The translations under genes were made by a program, and so were the position numbers. From Tubiluchus corallicola (taxonomy: Eukaryota > Animalia > Priapulida): DNA of 64,000 nucleotides. Under the pieces are notes generated by a model. The model saw nothing but the letters and a program-made list of their open reading frames with translations, did not search any database and was not told where the DNA came from. This document shows positions 49,422-60,529 of this stretch, piece after piece. Numbering within the stretch: the first letter of the stretch is position 1; the number at the start of each line of letters is the position of its first letter. The stretch is from the NCBI GenBank assembly GCA_030141605.1, contig JAQGDQ010001008.1, positions 1 to 64,000 of the forward strand, given 5' to 3'.

Positions 49422-50933
49422 CAGTAGCGATCTACGCCGTTTTGTAGTAACATGCAGTAACGGTCGAAACTGAAGTAGCGATCTACGCCGTTTTGTAGTA
49501 ATATGCAGTAATGGTCGAAGAGTGAAGTAACGATCTACGCCGTTTTGTAGTAACATGCAGTAACGGTCGAAGACTGAAGTAGCGATCTACGCCGTTTTGT
49601 AGTAACATGCAGTAACGGTCGAAGACTGAAGTAGCGATCTACGCCGTTTTGTAGTAACATGCAGTAACGGTCGAAAACTGAAGTAGCGATCTACGCCGTT
49701 TTGTAGTAACATGCAGTAACGGTCGAAGACTGAAGTAGCGATCTACGCCGTTTTGTAGTAACATGCAGTAACGGTCGAAGACTGAAGTAGCGATCTACGC
49801 CGTTTTGTAGTAATATGCAGTAACGGTCGAAGACTGAAGTAGCGATCTACGCCGTTTTGTAGTAACATGCAGTAACGGTCGAAGACTGAAGTAGCGATCT
49901 ACGCCGTTTTGTAGTAACATGCAATAACGGTCGAAGACTGAAGTAGCGATCTACGCCGTTTTGTAGTAACATGCAGTAACGGTCGAAGACTGAAGTAGCG
50001 ATCTACGCCGTTTTGTAGTAATATGCAGTAACGGTCGAAGACTGAAGTAGCGATCTACGCCGTTTTGTAGTAACATGCAGTAACGGTCGAAGACTGAAGT
50101 AGCGATCTATGCCGTTTTGTAGTAACATGCAGTAACGGTCGAAGACTGAAGTAGCGATCTACGCCGTTTTGTAGTAACATGCAATAACGGTCGAAGACTG
50201 AAGTAGCGATCTACGCCGTTTTGTAGTAACATGCAGTAACGGTCGAAGACTGAAGTAGCGATCTACACCATTTTGTAGTAATATGCAGTAACGGTCGAAG
50301 ACTGAAGTAGCGATCTACGCCGTTTTGTAGTAACATGCAGTAACGGTCAAAGACTGAAGTAGCGATCTACGCCGTTTTGTAGTAACATGCAGTAACGGTC
50401 GAAGACTGAAGTAGCGATCTACGCCGTTTTGTAGTAATATGCAGTAACGGTCGAAGACTGAAGTAGCGATCTACGCCGTTTTGTAGTAATATGCAGTAAC
50501 GGTCGAAGACTGAAGTAGCGATCTACGCCGTTTTGTAGTAATATGCAGTAACGGTCGAAGAGTGAAGTAGCGATCTACGCCGTTTTGTAGTAACATGCAG
50601 TAACGGTCGAAGACTGAAGTAGCGATCTACGCCGTTTTGTAGTAATATGCAGTAACGGTCGAAGACTGAAGTAGCAATCTACGCCGTTTTGTAGTAACAT
50701 GCAGTAACGGTCGAAGACTGAAGTAGCGATCTACGCCGTTTTGTAGTAACATGCAGTAACGGTCGAAGACTGAAGTAGCAATCTACGCCATTTTGTAGTA
50801 ACATGCAGTAACGGTCAAAGACTGAAGTAGCGATCTACGCCGTTTTGTAGTAACATGCAGTAACGGTCGAAGACTGAAGTAGCGATCTACGCCGTTTTGT
50901 AGTAATATGCAGTAACGGTCGAAGACTGAAGTA
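49422..50933. repeat. 52-bp minisatellite, about 29 copies
   Basis: Unit gtagcgatctacgccgttttgtagtaacatgcagtaacggtcgaagactgaa. Confidence 0.96.
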
Positions 50934-51507
50934 ATTCAAGTACCACAACATGTAGAGCACACTGCTGTACGCTTGTCGATCCATGGTTTGCTATCGAATG
51001 TCAAACGTAATACGATCACAGGCTGAAATATTACAATCAATTAGTGCCATTCGCAACATGAATTTGCCAACGTTTAAGCAACAAGAAAAAAATGCAAATT
51101 AAAAAAAAACAAAAAATGAAAAAGAAACATTTTTGTAGAGACTTTTAGCTACAATCTCAACTTAGACGGGCATCTTCAACATCTGAGTTTTTTATACCTA
51201 GTTTATATTAAACAACAACCGTTAGTTTGGCGACTAATAAGTTAAGGTTAAGGAGAACAAGATGCTGAAAAATCACGAGTCACTCCTGACTGCAAGGCTC
51301 GGGTTCAAATCCCAATATAGAAATAATGTTTAATGATTTTTTAACTTCTGCCTGTTATCGCAGTTAAATCACCCCATCGCAGTTAAAATTTCATTGCTGA
51401 GTCGATGGCAAGTAACTTGTCCCATATTTTAAAATATAAAACTGACACTGAATAATTTGGCAGGTCATGTTAAGCTACTGGAGTAAATGCCAGCAAAGAT
51501 TTAACCA

Positions 51508-52017
51508 TAGAAGCACCGGGTGCGTCAAGTCAAACCCTAGAAGCACCGGGTGCGTCAAGTCAAATCCTAGAAGCACCGGGTGCGTCAAGTCAAATCCTAG
51601 AAGCACTGGGTGCGTCAAGTCAAATCCTAGAAGCACCGGGCGCGTCAAATCAAATCCTAGAAGCACCGGGTGCGTCAAGTCAAATCCTAGAAGCACCGGG
51701 TGCGTCAAGTCAAATCCTAGAAGCACCGGGTGCGTCAAGTCAAATCCTAGAAGCACCGGGCGCGTCAAATCAAATCCTAGAAGCACCGGGTGCGTCAAGT
51801 CAAATCCTAGAAGCACCGGGTGCGTCAAGTCAAATCCTAGAAGCACCGGGTGTGTCAAGTCAAATCCTAGAAGCACCGGGTGCGTCAAGTCAAATTCTAG
51901 AAGCACCGGGTGCGTCAAGTCAAATCCTAGAAGCACCGGGTGCGTCAAGTCAAATCCTAGAAGCACCGGGTGCGTAAAAGTCAAATCCTAGAAGCACCGG
52001 GTGCGTCAAGTCAAATC
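51508..52017. repeat. 30-bp minisatellite, about 17 copies
   Basis: Unit tagaagcaccgggtgcgtcaagtcaaatcc. Confidence 0.96.
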
Positions 52018-52492
52018 ACGGGTGTTCCGTTCCGTATAACTGAATTTCCGCGAAGTAGGGACGCTATACTTAGTTTAGTAATTCCATCAATCAACGCTTT
52101 CCATCAATCAACCAATCGTGTGTTGTGTACAATCTCAAGTCGGCAAGTAGCATCTCAAGCGGGTGCAAGTACTACATTTCGTTTTTTGTGTGTATTCATC
52201 CGCCGAATAAACACACTATTTACTGTAAATGGTAATTTTTTATGATTTATAATATTCTTTTAATCGCGAAACAGCAAAAATACCGCGCTAAATATTTTAC
52301 ATTAATATTTTTGAAAACCCGTGAAACAGCGAGTCCGCGATAAACGAACCGCGAAGTAGCGAGGGAACACTGTAAGAATGAAACCTATGAAAACTCAATT
52401 GATTCATGCTGGTAGCAAACTTTTCCGGCCCTCTAGTGTTAAACTGTGACAAAAATCTAACCTGACTGACTGACTGACTGAGTGACTCACCT

Positions 52493-52628
52493 TCATAAAA
52501 AGCCCCAGGCTTCTAATGCTTTAACTACGAAATCTTCATGGCTAGTGAGTATGTCGTTATCATATGTTTTACAGGAATGCGTGCGGCCATGGTACAGGTC
52601 CCCGTCCAGCCACAAGCCAAACTGACCC
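52493..52628 (-). CDS. OXR1: TLDc last coding exon ([14 protein letters not shown]...EAWGFL*)
   Basis: Canonical TLDc C-terminus; TGA followed 2 nt later by a GTGAGT donor. Confidence 0.94.
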
Positions 52629-55600
52629 CTGAAACAAAGTTTTCATACAGTTCAGCACAAACATGATGGTTGGCAGGACAGGAACATAGGTCACCGTCCA
52701 GCCACAAGCCAAACTGACCCCTGAAACAAAGTTTTAATACAGTTCAGTACTATGATACTCAGTGGCAGCATAAACATGTGGTTGGCAGGACAGGAACATA
52801 GTTCACGGTCAAGGATAACCTTCTAACTTGCAGCATATAACGGGAGGAGATGTCACCCTGGGATGCATATCCTCAAAGAGATAAATCAGAAGCAGTTTTC
52901 TCAACAGTCACCCATCCATTTACAAAGCTAGGCCAGCATGGCTCAACTGCGGTCACTAAACACACTCACTATCATCATTTCAAGGCTTCGCCGCATAATT
53001 TAACGGCAGTACCATCATGTAAGAAATTGTTCTGTACTATTCGTCGTTGTTTTTGCCTCCCTCCAGCAAAATGTTATGTACCACCCTGTACAATAGCTCA
53101 TGTTAAGATATACATTGATGCTTAAACAACAAAATCAGTGCAGAAGCTTCAACTGAAAGCTTAAAATGGTTCAAAGTACAAATAAATGCACAATGTTCAA
53201 AGGCAATTAAGTCTGTTCATTACTACGATTGACACACGATGTGTAATGAGGACAAGTAAAGTACAAAGGTACTTACTCTCCAGCACATTAATGATAAAGT
53301 ACAAAAGTACTTACTCTCCAGTGCATTAACGATAAAGTGCAAAAGTACTTACTCTCCAGCACATTAACGATAAAGTACAAAAAGTACTTACTCTCCAGCA
53401 CATCAACTATAAAGTACAAAAGTACTTACTCTCCAGCACATTAACAATAAAGTACAAAAGTACTTACTCTCCAGCACATCAACTATAAAGTACAAAAAGT
53501 ACTTACTCTCCAGCACATCAACTATAAAGTACAAAAGTACTTACTCTCCAGCGCATTAACAATAAAGTACAAAAAGTACTTACTCTCCAGCACATTAACT
53601 ATAAAGTACAAAAGTACTTACTCTCCAACACATTAAAAATAAAGTACAAAAGTACTTACTCTCCAGCACATTAACGATAAAGTACAAAAGTACTTACTCG
53701 CCAGCACATTAACGATAAAGTACAAAAGTACTTACTCTCCAGCACATTAACGATAAAGTACAAAAGTACTTACTCTCCAGCACATTAACGATAAAGTACA
53801 AAAGTACTTACTCTCCAGCACATTAACAATAAAGTACAAAAGTACTTACTCTCCAGCACATTAACAATAAAGTACAAAAGTACTTACTCTCCAGCACATT
53901 AACGATAAAGTACAAAAGTACTTACTCTCCAGCACATTAACAATAAAGTACAAAAGTACTTACTCTCCAGCACATTAACAATAAAGTACAAAAGTACTTA
54001 CTCTCCAGCGCCTATACATAAACTGTCTTTATTGCCCTTAAGGAAGAAGGCATTATCCCCGGTCCATCCGAACGTTTTGAACTCCGGATAAAAGGTAAAC
54101 AACAACGATTCTCCGGTGCCGTAGAAATGATCACTAAGTTTCAATGCGCACGAAGTTATAGCACCAAATACCTGAAAAAGGCAATTAGTTTAGTACTAAG
54201 ATGGATTTAGTACTATGGGCAAAAAGCTAGGTACATCGTAGGTGTTTACAGGTATTAAAAACACATTAAACATAATTATTATTTGTGCTTCCATAGCAAA
54301 ATCGGTAATTAAGCTTTTCTAGTTATTCACATATCCTAAATCTCCATTTCATGAGGATCATTTTGATACCAAGTTCATCTCTCTATGTTATTTCTAAGCT
54401 CAGATAATCCACATTGAAGTTGAGGTGCAGGCTGCACACTGAAAAACATAATCTTGAGAAAATCATTGTTAAAGTTAGCCATTGTTTTTTGTCACGTTTC
54501 TACAAAACACTTAGCAACCGCACAAATGTTGGTTGCTACGGACTTTTGGTTGCTACAACACATTGAAGTTACATTTAAATCCAGTAGATGGCTCTTCCTA
54601 ATGCTTGGCAACAGAAAAAAAACACATAATTAACTTGCTGGCCAATGAGAAATTTCACTTTCACACATAATATTCACTAGTTTTCTTACAATGAGAAATT
54701 TGCAGGCAAAAATAGCTAATGGATCTATTAAGAGGAATTCTTAAACTTTACAATGTTTAAGAATGTTTATTCTGATCACATTTTTGTGCTGAGATCTTTT
54801 GTGGGTTTGTGCATTTTCAGAAAATTTACCAACTCTTTTAAGCTAATGCATTCAACGAGATTCAATTCACTGTACAGTCAACCCTCGTTAAACCGGACCC
54901 CGTTAGTCCGGATATCGGATAAGACGGACGTCATCCGTGGTAAAGGAAACTGACCGATTTTCGTCCGAGCCGGAGCGCTAAACACAACATGGCCTATCAA
55001 CTGTACAATAATTTCTTTATCCTCACAGGTTAACTATTTTAAAGTAATATACAGTATAGTATATAGTGCAATGTATATAGGCCTTATTAAGGTGATTATT
55101 CCTGTATAGTATAAACCATATATAGGCATATCGGATAAATCGGACAATCGGCTAAACCGGACCACCCCCCCATTAGTCCGGTTTAACGAGGGTTGACTGT
55201 ATTGTACTGTATATTACTCAATGTACATCATATTATCTTGACGATACTCATTCAATTCAATAAGTGAAACATTTTTCATAAGTATCCGCGGATTTTTCTC
55301 AGAGACACTCATACCTCGGTTTTTGAACGTCTCCGTACTCGTACAAATCGGTTTTCGACCAGAAAATTCCAGTTGAAATTGTCTCCGCTCTCGACCAGAA
55401 TTTCGGTACTCAACCAACCTCATGGGATGAACGCATGCGTGGCGAGCCGAGTAGAGCCGAGCGTAACCGACCGCGCCCGAGAGTAGTCACGCACAACATT
55501 TGAATCGCCTAACATCGCTAAGTGCTTTCTACGCTTATTTTTCTCTGCTTTTCCATGCAGGAATAATTATGTTTTTCTTTCTGAGCAATTCTATTATGTT

Positions 55601-57612
55601 TTTCTTATCAATTATATCATATCTACTGTTTAAATAAACATTTTCGCATTATTATATTTCATTTTAGTAATACTTTACAGTTCATTTGGTGCTTGAGAAT
55701 GGATTATTTGCTTTTACATTATTTCTTATGAGAATAAATGATTCGGTTCTCAACCAAATCTGTTTTCAAACCGTTTTTAGGAAAGAATTATGGTCGAAAA
55801 CAGAGGTGCTACTGTATTTAAAAATATTTGAATAGTTTAACAAAATCAGCCATCGACATGAAATGGCTAATCAAACGTCCAAACGGAATATATTATTTGC
55901 GTAAATAGCAAATATGAACTTTTTATGCGTTAGTGATAAACAAGTGGGTACTAATGTACGTTAACATACAATTAAGTACGTAAATTTTATACGCTACTAA
56001 AATTTATTTACTATTTTAATATAGTATGAATCCACAATGACACAACATCCGATCGAGGACCTTTCATTTGATATATAGATCGCCACAAATATATATATAT
56101 AAGATTCAAGGCAAGAGCTCCGACGACGGCACCATTTGCGGCAATCTATATATCAAACGAAAGGTATATATTGTTGGTTGGCATCCTTCTGTCTCGGAAG
56201 ACAATGGAGTGTGCTCCAAGAGAGTCAGTTATTGATCACATTGATGGAGCTGCAGCGTCGACTGTGGCTGAGCAGTGTGATCCTTGAACGTCTCCAGGGC
56301 GCACGCCTGGGCAAAGTGTATGGAGATCCTGTGTTGCCCAGACAACAGGAACCCCCTCTCTTCCTCCCTGGTGTAGTCCAAAGGAAAGCGGAGTGATACG
56401 TTTGGCACCAGGTTGGCTGCAGGAGCTGCCGGAGTCAGTGAGCATGCTGCACTGGTCCGCATTCGGGGCTCCACTCCTGATTTGGAAGGTTTACTCCTCT
56501 ACACATGGCCATTGGGTCACTTGACCTCCTCCGCCCTCTAGCCGTTGGCTGCTTGTGCAGCTCCTCCGCCTAGTGTCGAGATACAGTGTGGGCATCCTGC
56601 AAGCCTACAGCACCTGGTATTCCTAAGCGGTCACCCATCTAAGTACTAACCAGGCTCTATGTTGCTTAACTTCGGTGATCAGACGAGAACCGGTGTTTTC
56701 AACGTGATTTGGACGTAGTTATATATATGTATATATATATATACCACCGAAATTAATATATAGATTATATATTTAAAATAGTAGTAATGAAATTGAAACT
56801 TACGTTATCATATGTATCCTTGACCAACAAGAGGACAGGAGAGTCCACGTTGGCCATGTGCCGATAAATTGTCTTTAAAGAGAAACCGTCCCGATGAGTG
56901 CTGTACAGCTGCGTCCAACAGTACCCCTCGGCTCTTGCCGGAAGATTCTGCATCAACTGCAACCAGAAATCAAAATGTGGAATGGACGTGGAGACGGCAG
57001 AGTTACGTGGAGTTAATCCGCTGATTATTTCCTCGCATCTGCCATCTTTTCAGCGCGAAACCATTTAAGACACACAGTTACAGGGATGAGAATGACAAAT
57101 TGCAAAAAACTCTGAAACAGGCCGGGGGGTTGGGGGCCGCATAAGCCCCCATGGGGGTTCAAGGGGGTGAAGGAACAAATTGCAATTTTGTAACCAAAGA
57201 GAGCCTCTAAGTGGACTTAAAATATGAATTACCTTGTTTCATGCATAATTTAAAATACCCAACTATCAAGGATACATGATACCTAATTGTCTCAAAAACG
57301 CCTAAGTACTGGCCGCTCCTATGCAAAAGTATATAAAAACTGTCTGCAATTGACTCAAATAACTCCGCACAATCGATTCTATATTTTTATACATAGAGTT
57401 ATACACGTGGTTACAATGATGTACGTGATGTAAACAAAGTGACGGCCTGCCAACTAGAGGTCAGCTTGTGAAATAATGTACCGTGTCCGTAAAAATGTTC
57501 TCAATGAATTTACACGATTTACAAAAATGGCACTACTGGTCTTCCAAAAACTCAGGATTCCGTGTATCCGCGGAAAATTCTCATCCGTGCAGTTACAAAA
57601 TACCACAATAAA

Positions 57613-57659
<47 letters not shown>

Positions 57660-58577
57660 CATCATCATCATCATCATCATCATTACATTAGCAACATATC
57701 CACTTACTTTCCTAATATGATCTTCTTTCAGTATCTCCGTGTGTCCGTGAAGTTCGGGTAGAGGTAAGTTCAGCTCCACCTCCAGCGCGGTCATCCTACG
57801 ACGAGCCTCCTCCACCGTGATGATCTACAAGCGACAAACGAGATTTAATCTCCCACCCGCAGCAAAGGTGTGTTTGCAGATACCTGTCGCCGTGGAAGCA
57901 GCTTCCTTTATTACTTCATAGCATCCGTTTGTTATGTCACAGAGTGTGCTTATGTGCACTTGTCTCCATGACAACGGTACTGAAGACCTCATATGCGTAA
58001 TTTAAGCTTCAACAATCATAAGAATGAGGATATTGCAAAACTTCTCTGGTAAAGAAACGCATGAGGCCTGACGGGGATCCCACAAAATTTGAAAATAAAG
58101 TTCCCTGATTTTTCCCTGACCAAATATTGATTTTCCGTGACCAAGATAAGCAGAAATTGTATTACCAGTAAACATATTCAAACATTTTTGTGTACGGACA
58201 TTCATACGTATACTGATATATAACGTGTCGGCACAGTTGCAGCAGTGCTAATGAAATTACACTAATCACATTAAATAAACTTTCTTAATCCAATCATTAT
58301 GTTTGGAACAGAAATCAAAACTGGGAACCTGCTATAGCAAAATTTTATTTCAACACGAATCGCTGAAAAAATATTTTTTTAAAAATATCCGTTCACGGCA
58401 ATTATACGGTGATTACTGAATCTTGTCAATAAGATTAAAAATAAGTTTTTTTGAGAAGTGATCGGTGTGGTGCGGGACGGTATGTACTGAACTTGAAGTT
58501 CTCTCTCTCTCTCTCTCCCTTCTCTCTCTCTCCCTTCTCTCTCTCTCTGTCTCTCTCTCTCTCTCTCAGTCTGTCTC

Positions 58578-58621
<44 letters not shown>

Positions 58622-58680
58622 TCTCAGTCTGTCTCTCTCTCGCCCTTCTCTCTCTCTCTGTCTCTCTCTCTCTCTCTCAG

Positions 58681-58715
<35 letters not shown>

Positions 58716-60489
58716 CCTCTCTCTCTCTCCCTCTCTCTCTCTCTCCCTGGAAGGTGACTGAATGACGTTTTAAATAGTTTCCCGAACATTTTGAAATTAC
58801 TAAGAAATTTCTCTTTTTAGTTACACAAGTTTTAGTTTATACAAAGTGATAATACTTCTGATAAAACTTTGCATGGAACATAGTTTAACATTTCCATTTC
58901 TTGCCCTGATTTACGTTTGCGTAAGTGACATCATGTAGTGGCACTTGATCATTAAAGCAACAAGAAAACCCTCCACTTACATAAAACTCAAAATATTCGT
59001 CTCGAAATTTTATACCACTTACATACTAGCTTTTCGTATGCAAGGCTTGCATCGGCCGTAACGCTGTATAAAACATGTAAATCTAAGCTCTCGCGATGAC
59101 CGTTGGACGCAGCCATTTTAATGGTAGGTCGTTTGAAACAAGTTTAGATAACATTTTGTAAAGTTTGAAAAAATAATCAGAGTATTCGTAGCATGAACGT
59201 TGCTAATTAAGTAAAATTTTAAATTACTGTATCTTGTCAATAAGATTGAAAATACGTTTTTGGTTAGTGAGTGGCGCACCCTGGAGGGTGAGTCAGCAAC
59301 ATTTTACCAATTGGCACAAACATTTTAAATCATTAGTCTGGTTGCATAAGTCTTTCCAGCAGGTAAGTGAAATGCTAAGTAATGTAGATTTGCATGGAAA
59401 GTTTTTTGGGGTCATAATTTAACATTTCCTTTTCTTCCCTGATTTACGTGGCGTAGTGACATCATGTAATGGCGCCATTGGAACAGTACTGCGGGAAATT
59501 TAAAATTAAAACAAACAAAAATCCTTTTAATGCGAGTACGATGTACGCATAAAATTGCTGTAAACTCATATCATTTTTGAGGCGGTTTTTTAGGAACCTA
59601 CTTCAGGTACCCCTTTTCTTGTGCTTTAATGCTTTCGTTGTGTCTAATGTTTTATACTTGGAAAGACAATACTAAGATGCGTTGAACGGCCTTCCGAAAC
59701 GCGATCAGATTTGTATGACGCAACAGACAAATGTCTCGTTAACAAGGATGAGAATGACAAATTGCAAAAAACTCTGAAACAGGTCGGAGGTTTGGGGGCC
59801 GTGAAACCCCCTTGGAGCCAGCAATAAATTGCAATTTTGTGACCACAGAGAGCCTCTCCAAGTGGACTTAAAATATCAGTTACCTTGTTTCATGCATAAT
59901 TTAAAATACCCAACTATCAAGGATACATGATACCTAATTGTATCAAAAACGCCTAAGTACTGGCTGCTTCTATGCAAAAGTATATAAAAACTTCCTGCAA
60001 TTGACTCAAATAACTCCGCACAATTGATTATGTTTTTATACATAGAGATGTACACGTGGTTACACTGATGTACGTGATGTAAACAAAGTGACGGCCTGCC
60101 ACCTAGCGGTCAGCTTGTGAAATAATGTACTGGGTCCGTAAAAATTTTCTCAACGAATTTACACGATTTAGAAAAATGGCACTACTGGTCTTCCAAAAAC
60201 TCGGAATTCCGCGGAAAATTCTCATTCCTGCATTAAGCGGTTTTTAAATAAACCGAATTAAACAAAATTCATCAAACCTCGAACAGCGGAATGAACGCTC
60301 ATACGAACCTCCCAGTCCTTCTCTATCCGAGGCTCCAAGCCGAAGTGTTCCTCGTCCATGCCTAACTGTTCGGTATCCTCGTCGTCAATGACAACAAAAC
60401 CCTCCTGAGCAGTCTGCGCTGTCGCCGCCTGCTGGTTACCGTAGATACTCGGGTTCCATTGAATGAAGAACGCGTATAAATGATCCACA
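52493..60489 (-). CDS. OXR1: OXR1/NCOA7/mustard-family TLDc-domain protein, last five coding exons; 5' exons not identified in the window
   Basis: Exons 60489-60309, 57824-57708, 56956-56804, 54171-54002, 52628-52493 join in frame: [30 protein letters not shown]...[20 protein letters not shown]...C.TYDN...EAWGF. Confidence 0.92.
52590..52750 (-). repeat. 92-bp duplication of an acceptor plus exon start (TLDc gene)
   Basis: aaactttgtttcag|gggtcagtttggcttgtggctggacgg occurs twice on the minus strand (AG at 52722-52721 and 52630-52629). Confidence 0.9.
53258..54009 (-). repeat. 38-bp minisatellite containing an exon end and donor, about 20 copies
   Basis: Minus-strand unit gctggaga|gtaagtacttttgtactttatcgttaatgt. 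Confidence 0.96.
54002..54171 (-). CDS. OXR1: TLDc exon ([25 protein letters not shown]...IGAG)
   Basis: FYGTGE motif; splice sites in phase. Confidence 0.94.
54875..55199. mobile_element. MITE family A, copy 3
   Basis: Perfect TIRs, TA flanks. Confidence 0.9.
56171..56720 (-). mobile_element. 5S rRNA-derived SINE, copy 2, with full 120-nt 5S head (56601-56720)
   Basis: ...CCGAAGTTAAGCAAC...GTTAGTACTTAGATGGGTGACCGC...GGTGCTGTAGGCTT followed by the shared body and CAA tail. Confidence 0.9.
56804..56956 (-). CDS. OXR1: TLDc exon ([14 protein letters not shown]...VKDTYDN)
   Basis: LP.R..G..W..LYST...GFSL motif. Confidence 0.93.
57080..57590. repeat. Dispersed ~500-bp repeat, direct copy at 59743-60232; partial inverted relative near 14120-14260
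   Basis: Shared GGATGAGAAT...ATTCTCAT(C/T)C inverted ends and internal identity. Confidence 0.8.
57708..57824 (-). CDS. OXR1: OXR1-like exon ([10 protein letters not shown]...EDHIRK)
   Basis: Phase 0-0, 117 nt, ttgtag acceptor and gtaagt donor. Confidence 0.88.
58500..58746. repeat. (CT)n microsatellite
   Basis: Direct inspection. Confidence 0.95.
60309..60489 (-). CDS. OXR1: OXR1-like exon ([11 protein letters not shown]...EKDWE)
   Basis: Conserved pre-TLDc motif; tttcag acceptor, gttcgt donor. Confidence 0.9.
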
Positions 60490-60529
60490 CTGAAAGTAAT
60501 CATAAATACTGGCAATAAATAAATAATTC

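Noticed and set aside
56601-56720. Functional 5S rRNA gene
   Set aside because: No oligo-T terminator, substitutions in conserved positions, and it is fused to the same body and CAA tail in two dispersed copies; better explained as a SINE head.
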